From positions 426,722 to 490,721 of the forward strand of contig CAJINV010000017.1 of NCBI GenBank assembly GCA_905178155.1: a DNA stretch of 64,000 bases. Direction: 5' to 3'. Shown here in pieces: positions 13,219 through 24,200 of this stretch. The notes beneath the pieces are model-generated. The model was not told the origin of the DNA. It ran no database searches and saw only the letters and a program-made list of their open reading frames with translations. Source of the DNA: Amoebophrya sp. A120 (taxonomy: Eukaryota > Protista > Dinoflagellata). Numbering within the stretch: the stretch's first letter is position 1; each line of letters opens with the position of its first letter. The position numbers were made by a program, and so were the translations under genes.

Positions 13219-16200
13219 ATGGTAGAAGCGACCTCAAGCGACCTTGCCAACTCTTCTCGGGTGGTTTTGAAGAATATTCCGCCCTATGTTTCGGAAGCGA
13301 AGCTACGGGAGCGCTTCCGCGCGCACGGATCCTTGACGGATGTGAAGATTTTGACGACGAAGGCCGGCACCTCACGGCAGTTGGCGTTCCTTGGGTTCAA
13401 GACGCCGGAAGAGGCCAGAAGGTATGGATTTTCTAGGTTTTTTGTTTTTGTTGGTCGTTCTCCTTGCTTGATATCATCATGTGTAGCACTGGGTATGGGA
13501 AGATCTTGATGTGTAGTCGTGTAAGAAAGTACTTCTGAAATCGACCCCCGTCGCCGATTAACGCAGGTGTGTGAAGGCCAACCACCGAACTTTTTTCGAC
13601 GCTTACAAGCTCCAAGTAGAGATCGCAAAACCCGTGGGCGACACGAACCTGCAGCGACCCTGGAGCAAGCACTCGAAGGGGAGCTCAAAATTCGAAAAGC
13701 AATTGGCGAAGAGCAAAGTGGGAGGAGGCGAAGGAGCAGATACAGTGCCAAACAAAACGGTGGAGGGTATCGCAGGTGCGACTTCTGTCGCGAAGAAATC
13801 TGCGAAAAGATCCAAAGCAGATGAAAAGAGCTTTGTCGCTGGACAGGGAGGAAGCGACGAAGCTGCAGCTCCTTCAACATTGTCCCCGGCAAAAGCGTTC
13901 GGAGAGGCAGCCGAGAAAAATGAAGACGAAGCTCTGCTTGCGGATGACGATAACGATGACGATTTTCTGTCCCGATTCAAAACCAACGCCGACGATTTGG
14001 AGTCAGACGGCGAAGACGCTGCAGGGCAGAAGCGGAAAGCAGACGAAAGAGATCATAACGCAGAATCCGCGACCACCTCGCCTGTTTCCACTAACCAGGA
14101 CGGAAGCTCCTCCGCTGCCGATCGCGACAAGTTGTCAACAGCAAAGGATGTTGAAACAGCCACTCCAGCAACAGGTGCCCCTTGTAGTTCCTCGTCGGCG
14201 GCGTCCACCGGACGTCTGTTCGTCACGAACCTGCCCTACAGCACTACCGAGGAGGAGCTAAAAGATTTTTTCGAACGGTTCGGAAGAAGTAGCGGACAGA
14301 ACACGACGACAGGTCCTCGTGACATAGACATAATGGAGGTCGGCGAAGTGAAGATTCCGAAAGACGAGGACACGAAGAAGTCCCGCGGCTTCGGCTTCGT
14401 CACCTACGTGTTCCCGGAGCACGCGGTCCGAGCCCTCGCCGAGTTGGACAAACAGTGCTTTCAGGGGCGCCTGATTTCCGTCCAGGACGCGAAGGAACAG
14501 ACTTCGAAAGACGGCGGGGTTGAGACGGAAGCAGGGGGTGCTACCAGCATGTTGACGGGTTTATCGAGTGCAAACAGCCACAGCAAGGCGGGTGCTGCTG
14601 AAAAATCTTCCTACAAGCGGCAGAAGCAGCAGGAGCTGAAGCAGCAGCAGTCGGAAAAGATCTGGAATCTGCTTTACATGTCGGCGAATTCCGCGACCGA
14701 CGCGATGGCGAAGCGGTATGGCGTTCTCAACTGTTACATTCTCAACTGTTTACGTGATTTGTCATGCAAATTTACCACCAAGATCGCCACGATTCAGCTG
14801 CTTCGCATGACAAATATCCGAAGGGCTAAACAGAATCTAAATCTGTGCCAAATCTGTGATGCAAAAGGCGCAATCTTCCCCCTTTCACTTTCGCCGTTCT
14901 TGCATTACAAATTCATGTCACAGTTGAGAATGTAACATTTGAGAACGCCATAAGCGGCTCGGCGTGGAGAAACGCGACCTGCTTTCCAAGGAGCACGACA
15001 AACTGGCAGTCACGGTGGCTTTGGGCGAGACGCAAATCATCGCGGAGACGAAGCGGTGGCTGGAAAAGGAAAACATCTGGGTGGACGCCTTCACCAGAAG
15101 TGGCAAAACCCTGCTCTCCGCGACCGAAAACCCGTTCGAGGAAAAAGCGGCAGCAATCGGAGGTGCATCATCTTCGGCAGGAGCTTCCTCTTCTTCATCG
15201 ACAACAGGAGGCCCACAGCAGCCGGTGCAGCACCGGCGCGCGAAAGACGTTTTTCTGGTGAAACATCTGCCCGCCGAGTCGGTGTCCGAGGCGGAGCTGC
15301 GGGAGCGATTCGCGCGGTTCGGCGAAATCCGGCGGTTCTGTCTGGCGCCGTCAAAAACGGTGTGCGTCGTGCAGTTTGCGAGCAGTGTGGAGGCGGAGCG
15401 GTGCTTCAACAAAGTGAATTTCTCCCGGTACAAGCACGTTCCCTTGTTTCTGGAATGGGCACCCGAACAGATCTTCAGGAACGCAGGGGAACTACCTAGT
15501 AAAGATCAGGCGACCAAGAATCAGAAGGTACAAGAATCTGCTGGGGTATCAGGTGATGCGACGTCTGCAAAGCAGGGTGCAAATGGCGACCAGCAAGGTG
15601 AAGAACAAACGACTGACCAGCAGCACCCTTCGTGCAGCATTTTCGTGAAATATCTGAACTTCAACACCACCGAGATGAAACTGGAGCAGATCTTCCGGCA
15701 GCACGAGGGCTTCAAAAAGGTCACTCTGATGAAGAAGAAGGGCTTATCGTCAACCTCCGACAGCGCAGCAAAGCAAGTGTCGATGGGGTACGGATTTATC
15801 GAGTACCAAACTATGCAGCAGTGCGAGGCCGTGGTCAAAAAACGGCAGAACATGCCCCTGGACGGCCACGTACTGCAGCTGCAGGTGTCGGACCGGAAAA
15901 AGGCGGGGCAGTTTAAGGACAAGCAAAAATCTCTGGCCGGAGTAGAGATATCATCAACGTCGTCTAGGAGAAAAAACAACGCAGAACAGGACGCCGATTC
16001 TGCGGCCAACGGGGACGAAAATAAGCCGCTGTCCAACAAGCTGTGTGTGAGGAACATCGCTTTTGAGACGACGAAGTCTGAGCTGCAGCAGCTCTTCGCA
16101 CCCTACGGGACGGTGACCTCTCTGCGCCTGCCGAAGAAGGCCGACCGGTCCGGCCAGCACAGGGGGTTCGCGTTTGTGGATTTCCTGACGAATATCAAAT

Positions 16201-16782
16201 GTAAAAATGTCTGGGTCTGGAAGATTGCGAGATTTGTCATGCACATTTTGCATGACTCCCGATGTCTGTGATGCATGCCCTAGCATCACAGATTTTGCGA
16301 GGGCTTCCTGATGCCTATACCGCATGACAAATGCTCTCTCCGTGTACGCAAAACTTGGACTCTCTTTGCTGCTCATGCAATACAGATTTTTTTAGAATCC
16401 AAAATCAGCATGACAAGTTGGATTCTTCCAGACCCAGACATTTTTACATTTGATAACGAAATCCGACTGCTTGAACGCGTTTGAAAACCTGCAGCACACA
16501 CACTTGTACGGCCGGAAGCTGGTCTTGGAGCCCGCAGAGAAGGAAGCGCTCACGCTAGAGGAGATCCAAGCCGCGCAAGTCTTGAATTTGACGAAGCAGT
16601 CGGAAAAGGAAAAGCGAAAAAGGGAGAATGTAGTTGATGCTGGTAGAAGTACCGCAACGGCTTCCGAGCAGAAGAGCGCGGGATCATTCGCTGCGCAAGT
16701 CTTGGAAGACGGCGGACACAAGGGGAAGAATTCCTCGACTGGGAAACCCCCGAAAAAGAAACGGAAGATTGCAAAATCGTAG
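13219..16782 (+). CDS. RBM19: Multi-RRM ribosome biogenesis protein RBM19/Mrd1
   Basis: Five RRMs (SRVVLKNIP, GRLFVTNLPY...SRGFGFVTY, VFLVKHLP...VPLFLEWAP, SMGYGFIEY, KLCVRNIAF...HRGFAFVDFLTK...HTHLYGRKLVLE). GT-AG intron 13422-13566; non-canonical introns 14717-14957 and 16193-16460. Confidence 0.93.
14717..14952. mobile_element. TIR introner / non-canonical intron in RBM19 (33-bp TIR)
   Basis: Left tatggcgttctcaactgttacattctcaactgt versus right acagttgagaatgtaacatttgagaacgccata (1 mismatch in 33); perfect direct repeat agcgg at 14712-14716 and 14953-14957; removal gives AMAKRLGVEKRDLL. Confidence 0.95.
16193..16455. mobile_element. TIR introner / non-canonical intron in RBM19, family B (32-bp perfect TIR)
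   Basis: Perfect TIR tatcaaatgtaaaaatgtctgggtctggaaga; perfect direct repeat acgaa at 16188-16192 and 16456-16460; removal restores the RRM sequence FAFVDFLTKSDCLNAFENLQHTHLYGR. Confidence 0.96.
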
Positions 16783-17704
16783 AACTTGCAAAAGAACGGG
16801 TACAAAAGTTGCAAAAGTCCGTAGAAATTGCAAAATCCTAGAACTCTTAAACCGAATATCTTCTTCGCTTTCACTTGACAAAGCTTTGAGAAGCTTGACT
16901 TTTCCGCCCGATGGGCGTTATGAAAGCTAAGCACCCGCGAACGCACGCTGCTCGAGTTGTACTCCACTAGAAAACAGGGGTTGTGTTTTTGGGATGTTCG
17001 TACGCAAAGCGGTTGAGAGGAGGCGAAAACTGCTATAGTATCAAGACGAGAGCATTGTTTTTTTATGCATGGTGTGTCTATTTGGCAAGCGGAAAAAGGA
17101 AAAGCAAAAGCCCTAGATCTCGAATAGGATCGGTGGAAACCTCTCTTCGCAAATTTTATTTCTCGTGCAAATTTGTGATACAGCAGCAGCTGTAGCAGTT
17201 CCCCTTACACTTCTAGCTCCAGGTCCTCTTCACGTTCTTTATTTCCAAACCCTACTGTTTCTCTGACGTCTCTCCTCTTCGCTTCTCCGCTGAGGTCGTA
17301 CGACGAGAAAGCATCAACGGATTCGTCTTTCAAATTGGTTTTATTGTGTCTTGATGCCCACTGTTTCTACCGAGTTCGGGATTATTATACCGTTTAGTAT
17401 CTAGTTCTAGAGGCGTACCGCACCAGCTGAAGCAAGAGTTTATCGATAGTTCTCTTCCTCTTTGATCTGCGTCTGCTGCTGATCCAAGAAAGATAGCGTC
17501 GAGGTTTCAAACATATTATCAGTAGTTTCCCTTTCCGTTTCTTTGTTGCTATAATTAATTAAGCGCGAAACAGAGCCACAGACTAAGCTCTTCTTCGTCT
17601 TCGCTGTGAGAATCTGGAGAGCACTCATAGACACATACAATTTGCAATCTCCAAGGCTCACACACAGCTACGTACAGTCAGTCTCGGCAAGTTGTAATTT
17701 GAAC

Positions 17705-20312
17705 ATGTTCTCGTCGAACCGAGAGCGCCGGGTCGTGCCTGCGCGTGCAGGTGCTACCGCGGCAATGGTGCTGTTGCTCTCTTCCAAGGCAACCGTCAAT
17801 GTTGCCGCCGACACGATGGAGAAAAGAAGTTCAACAGTGAAGAAATACACCCTGACGAAAAAGAAGTACATGAATGAGTACAAGGTCATGCCGGGGCACA
17901 CCAAAAAGGAGCATATCATCTCGGACCGCACACACATGCAGCTGAAAGCAACCGAGCTTCCGGCAGAGCTGAACTGGGCCGATTATGCACGGGGAAGACT
18001 GCGCTAGTGTACCTACTAGTTTTCTTTGCCTGCAGCTGCAGCTGTGAAGATGATGAAGATCACAGCACTTTTTACAAGTGGGCCGCGCTCGAAATTGAAC
18101 TTGTACAACTTCGTGCGCCTGTGCAGTTGGAGTTTAGGCTAGTACCTGAAGAAAGCGCAGAAAAAAATGAAAATAGGGGCGCGCTTCCAGATGAATGACA
18201 CCACCTTTAAGCGGTGTTTAAAGAACGCCTTCGCAATTTTTTTTTGTTGCGAAACTGCTACACATGGATAATCATGGTACACCAGACGAGTTATTTTTTC
18301 TTGCATACCGACGTGAAGGGAAAGAGCCTGCTGACAAAGAATCTGAACCAACACATTCCGCAGTATTGTGGTAAGTATACTAGTCTTCGTTTTTTTAACT
18401 TTAATACGTGAAGATCCTGTTCCTGAAGATCCTGAGTGACTGAATGATTATCTCCTCAGCACAGGTCGTGTCCGCACCTAGTAGGAATATTTATAGAAAA
18501 GCAACACTACGAAACGCAAACGACGACATGGACATCATGATCCTGATATCAAATAAAGGTTCCTGCTGGGCCCACGGTGCAATCTCAGCGCTCTCGGACC
18601 GCATTAAAATCGCACGAAAGGGGAAGAGCCCGGACATCAACCTGTCGGTACAGCATATCCCACGAAAAAACTGTTTCACTGTGATGATCTTGCAAGATCT
18701 GTATCACAAGTTTGTTACACATGACACAGAGAATTTGCCATGCGCGCTTCCAAAGGGAAAACACCGCTAAAGAGTCGAGGTCTTGCAGGTGTGGCAAGAC
18801 AAATAGTTCTGTCTTCCATTCTATGCATCACAAGTTCACAGCGAAGCAGTTTTTTCTTGCGATACAGCACGTGTTGAATTGCGGTGGCGAGGTCGCCGGA
18901 AGCTGTTACGGAGGATCGCAGTCCGGAGCTTACCAGTGGATCCATGATAACGGGTAAATTGTCTATACTGCAGCCTTTTTTAGACCCATGTTGATCGTGA
19001 GGTCTTGCTTGCTGTCTGCTATTCTTGCTCCCCGCTTTACCGGCATTGATCGCCGTGCATACTTCTGCATGTCTACGATTCTACTTAGCGGTAATACTAA
19101 CAGTTGCTCCACTTGCACTAGCTAGATGGGAACTAAGCTGCACCTCTTCGTTCTTTGTCTCAGATACTTACACATGACGCACCGTCTTCTACTTTTTCGA
19201 GCACACATACTGGAAAATATCCGGAAAACTACCCCTGCAGTTTCGTCGCCTACGACAGTGGGAACCCCTACCTTGCCTGCTCTTCCGATAGCAAGAACGG
19301 CATTTGCGTGCACGCCGATTTCACTTGCACGGCCAAGAACGTCGCGAGAACTTGCTCTGTATCCATTCTGCAAATTTCAATTTAGCGACGTAGTACTACA
19401 CATAGCGTGCTATATGAAAAATCCTTACCATGATGCGCCAGAACTATCTTTCTTGCTTGAAACATGCCAGCAAAGTCACGGCCACTTCTTGTGCTGTGCA
19501 GGGGGCGACATTAACGTGGAATGCAAGGCTGTAAATAAAAAACCTAGTACAACAGCTGCATGCGCTATGTCGCTTATGATACCTACTTTTGCAGTGGATA
19601 CTATACCTTTCCGGAGATGGGCGGAAAGTGTGTGGGGTTGACCCATTTTCCGAACGCGACTATTGCGGAATACGGCATGGTGTCGGGTGTGGAAGACATG
19701 AAGAAGGAGCTGATGCGCGGGCCCTTGGCCTGTGGTAAGTGAACAACGTGATGCATAAAATAAAGCTCGTTGTTTTTTCATACTGAAACAGCACTAGCAG
19801 ATGCATCGGAAGTACAACGTAGACGGGAGGTTTTACTTGTATTCGTCACACTTCATCACCATTTGCTCTGACATCGCTTTCGATCTGATCCATCTTTCAA
19901 TCACTTTTAAGGTATCGACGCCGACAACCTGCGTGACTATCACAAGGGCGTTTTGGACATTCCGGACGGCACGCGCAACATCAATCACGTGATTTCGGTC
20001 ATTGGGTGGGGCAAAACCCCGGAGGGCAAGGAGTACTGGATTGGTCGCAACAGCTGGGGCGAGTACTGGGGCGAGCTCGGGCACTTCCGCATTGCCACCG
20101 GCGGGTCACAGGCGGGCATCGAGGACGAGTGCTCCTGGGCGGTGCCGGGGTCCTGGACCGAGAACAACTTTCCGTGTGAGGAAGACGGCACGGGGTGCTT
20201 GGAAGAGGGCGACCAGGCGGGAACACCGGTACTCACCAATCTGGTGGAGAAGAACGTGCTGAAGAAGAACAAGGTGCAAGCGGAACAAGCGCAGGAGGAG
20301 GTGTACAACTAG
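17705..20312 (+). CDS. CTSZ: Cathepsin Z/X-like papain-family cysteine protease
   Basis: [15 protein letters not shown] (HIP mini-loop and catalytic Cys), [57 protein letters not shown] introns 18371-18558, 18954-19240, 19735-19911; non-canonical introns 17984-18312, 18656-18869, 19360-19605. Confidence 0.95.
17984..18307. mobile_element. TIR introner / non-canonical intron in cathepsin Z (degenerate TIR)
   Basis: Ends tatgca...tgcata with an inner gtgtacc/ggtacac pair; flanks ccgat and ccgac; removal gives [25 protein letters not shown]. Confidence 0.88.
18656..18864. mobile_element. TIR introner / non-canonical intron in cathepsin Z (29-bp TIR)
   Basis: tatcccacgaaaaaactgtttcactgtga versus tcacagcgaagcagttttttcttgcgata (4 mismatches in 29); perfect direct repeat cagca; removal restores the conserved LSVQHVLNCG. 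Confidence 0.93.
19360..19600. mobile_element. TIR introner / non-canonical intron in cathepsin Z, family A (degenerate)
   Basis: Left tatccattctgcaaa, right tacttttgcagtggata; flanks ctctg and ctata; removing 246 nt gives ARTC(S)[11 protein letters not shown]. Confidence 0.85.
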
Positions 20313-21205
20313 GCGGGTCTATTTACAATTACAGTGCAGCTTCATCTTTTGGCGCCTTCGATTTTTTCCATTTTTTTTTTGATGTCAGGATGAGAAATTT
20401 TGGATTTTTCACATTTGAGGTTTTTCATCGATGGCACACTCTTGCTTTTTTTGCCTCGACAAGTGCAGCAACTTGTTGATGTGAGTCGTGTACACTAGAT
20501 TCAGATTTACAAAATCGGTCTTCAACAATTTTTAGAGGTGTTTTATTCGATACCACTTGTAAGAAAACCAAAACAAACATGAAATTGCGCTTCTTCGAAC
20601 TACTCCGCATGAGTTCCGGGAAGTACTAGAATAAGTCAGCACAGGACCAGGGACACGGACAGCGAACGTGCATGATTGCACCAATGGCGGAGGTACCGCA
20701 TTGGGATTGGCTAGAAGAACAAGTGCGGTGCAAGCGAGTACAGTAGACTTGAAATTGTCTACAGCATATCCTCGGTCAGTATTGTATCGCTCAGTATGTG
20801 ATCGAGCTTGTAAAGAAGTTGTAGGAAAGATTAACTTTTTTGGAAAAAAAAGTATTCGCATCGCTGCGTACAGCGCGGAGTAGTACTACCGCGGGGGTAT
20901 GCTTTTTCTAGAAGTGAAGAGGCGACTGGGTCCTTGCTTCGACGTTTTCCCTTCTGCAGGAGCACTCCTTCTCGTCGTCACGATTCACATTCATCTTCGG
21001 GTGATTATCGTCTTTGATGAAGGAGTGAATAAGATCTCAACTTCCGGCGCAGCTTCCAGTTCCACACTAAACATACATCAACAAACTCTTCCTTCGACCG
21101 ATGAAGAACGGACAGGGAAAAAAGATCCGAAGTCCGAGAGAAGGAGACAAAAAAGGTCAATTGTCGAATATAAAAAGATAAGTCCCGCCGCGAAGGACAA
21201 GGATC

Positions 21206-24200
21206 ATGATGTCGCAGTCCGTGTCTTCGTTTTGTTTTCGGTCGCTGGCGTTTCGCACAAATTTGTTGTTTTCTCTCTTCACGGGCTTGGGACCCCCTTC
21301 TTCATCTTCGGACTACTATACAACTCCGATCACGACTTCGAAGAAGAAGGCAGCCTCCTTCCATCCTCGGCAAGGCTTTCAGATCTTTGCAGCGGCATTG
21401 TCCACTCAGACCACCCGATCCAGTGCCGCGCAACAACCTCGAAGGAGGCCGACGAACCGGCACAATACGCCCATTCGGCCGACGAGACGGCCGTCAGTCA
21501 CAAGTAGCGTGACCGCGGAGTCGGAACAGGACATCGGGACCGACAATGAGCATTACCACCAGCGAGCGCGAGGGCAGCAGCAGCACAGAGCCGCTGCTCC
21601 GGTCGCGATGTCCTCAGGGGCTGCGTATGACTTCCGCAGTTCCAGTAAGGACAGCAATCGGGGCGGAAGTGGTCGTCGTGCAGGGTCGCTTGTTGGAGGT
21701 GGAAGCAAGAACACAGTAGATGAAACGCCTGCATCTTCACGAGGGACAACCACCACTGCAGGGGTAGTAACGGCATCAAGTGCGAGACAAGGAAAGCAAG
21801 GAAACTCGTCCTCCGCTGCGTCCGCCGCGATCACAAGAACAGCGGGCACAACTACTACAGCCAACTCAGCATTTACCCCTGCCTCGCAGCCAAAAAGGAC
21901 ATCACGTGGACTTCGAGACCACGGTCAGGAGAGCGACACTGGTGGTGAACCGATCCGACCTACACCCAGCACGACGATCCCGGTATTGTCCGCGACCGCG
22001 ATTCGGAAACGGTGCTCCCCCGGTTTCTACTCGGTCAGCTTTGATCCGGAGCTGACCAAATACGCCACCATGACGGCCGACAAGAAAGTTCTGCAGACCA
22101 AAATGGGCTTTCTCTTTGTCCTTTCCGATTTGCTAGAGAACAATCAGGAGTGGCTGGTTGCCGATTTAACGCTGAGCAAGCTCCGGCGCTGCAGGTGCCG
22201 CGAGAATAAATTGGTGCTGCATTTCGAGCAAAACAACGCCCTGTTGGTGGAGAAAATCGTGCCAGAGCTGACCACGAAGAAGCAGATGACAGAGATCGCT
22301 CCTGGAACGGGGATATTTAGCTTCGCGGAACATCAAGTAGCCGGTGGATTTGACGGGACAAGTGGTGCAAACCCGACAGGCTTGTTGCCACCGCCACCGA
22401 GTAGCGACTCTACCTCTCACCACAACGAGGGGTCGACGTTGCTGCACCAGACCCGGAGCTTCGTTTTCGGCGGCGTGGAGATCTCGAAATCGCAGAACAG
22501 CACGTTGCAGCGGATGTTGACATCTTCAAACAATAACTCCAACAATCTGCTCGCCGTTTCAACCGGCTCCTCCGCCTCGGCGGTGGCTGGGGGGCCGGCG
22601 GGAAGCGGTTCGGGCGCGGGTGCACCACCACAGAAAATCACATTGGAGCCAGCGGAAGAAAACACAGAAGGAGCAAGGGTGAAAAATGATGCGGGAACGG
22701 AAATAGAGCTAGAGCCGCAGTTGCGCGAGAAGCAGCAAGGAGTCGTTCTCGCCGTGCAAGATTCCGAAGAATTCAAGGACTACATTCACCAACGCCGGGA
22801 CCTGGCCTGGAGCCACGCCGAGCCCGTGAAGAAACTATGACAGTGCACAACTCCCCCTCCCCCTCATTTGTCATGCAAAATACCCAATCCACCCATTGCT
22901 TCTGAGCACTGTTTGCATGACAAGTTCTGGTAGCCCAAATAGCACTACACTCCAGTGCAAATTTGTCACGCAAAACCGGCATCCTTTTCCTTGCTGATGC
23001 CTGTATTGCTGTTCATGCTATACAAATGAGGGGGAGGGGGAGTTGTGCACTGTCATAGAAACGGAACAAAGTCGTGAAACCGAACCAGGACCTCTCGTTT
23101 CTGCTGGAAAACGTAGCGGCACCGCCAAAGCGGTACATGCGGTCCAGGGGAGGTGGTGCCGGCCACGCGAAGAAATTTGTGGAGCTGAATAACCGGCCAG
23201 GTGCAAGTTTTTGTGGTGTGATGTACACTACAGCTTCGGCATGTTGAGAAATCATCATCCACACTTTTTTTTTTTGAGACGATAAAAAATGTTCTCACAC
23301 ACACTCTCACCACATGCAATGTCGTGGACAGTGTGTTACTAGGCGCATGATGCTGCCCAAAGAAGTACGTACAGATGAACTACGGACGCAGAGGAAATCT
23401 AGAAAACAAATCATTATTTAATCTGCAGGCTCCACTCTCGAGGCGGGCGTGTACATGAGCCCGATCAACCCGAAGGTCGGTCTGGTTCTGGACAAGCACC
23501 GAACCACAGGCCAGTTTTCCGAGGTGTCCCCGAGCGTTCTGAAGGACAAGGTGAAAATCCCGAAGCTCGGTGTGAACCTGTTCAAGAGCAAAATGCGAAA
23601 CGTGAAAACCGCGGCGAATGACGAGGAAACGAAGCGGCAAACGTCGATGCTGCTGCACGGAGTGGAGGTACAATTCTCGCACAGCCTAGACGCGCCGACA
23701 GAAGGAGACGGTGGAGTTGCAGGGCAGAAATCTCTGACCACGCTAGTACCCGCGCCAGCATTACCTTTCTCAACTTCTGCGTGTCCTGCACCTCCGGGGG
23801 CTCGTGTGGAACGACTGGTCCAACCTCTGGCCGCTCAGGTCCTGGACGCCAGCCCGGAAGTGATGTACAACTGCATGAAGTCGCTCGAGCTCTCCATGGA
23901 GATGTTTGACCTCTTCCAAGACGAGGAGTTGGAAGACGAGGAATTGTGCGAAGACGAAATGAAAGACCACGAAGTGACGCACGAAGGAGACCAGGACCCG
24001 GACCGGGAAGACCTCGATCTGTTGAACTCGGAAAACGAAGGGGCAGCTGGTACTAGGTCTAGGAACTGCACGACGATGAAAAGATCAACACGGGTTAACA
24101 GCCGAAAACCGACCGCCGAATTTGTTCACCAAGAGGTCCGAACCCCGCCCGCCGCCGCGATGCTGTCGATGAGTAACTCGCAGGTGAGTCTGCAGCAACT

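Noticed and set aside
16392-16967. Shared peptide CKNVWVWK in ORFs 14964(+), 16392(-) and 60614(+), suggesting a protein domain
   Set aside because: It is the translated family B TIR, not coding sequence.
18648-18867. In-frame GT-AG alternative for the 18656 element
   Set aside because: It would delete V-Q from the conserved LSVQH motif of papain-family proteases; disfavoured, though not excluded without cDNA.
20899-21507. 202-aa ORF overlapping the start of the large hypothetical gene
   Set aside because: Out of frame with 21206..22840, UTR-like composition and no family features; an upstream exon cannot be excluded.
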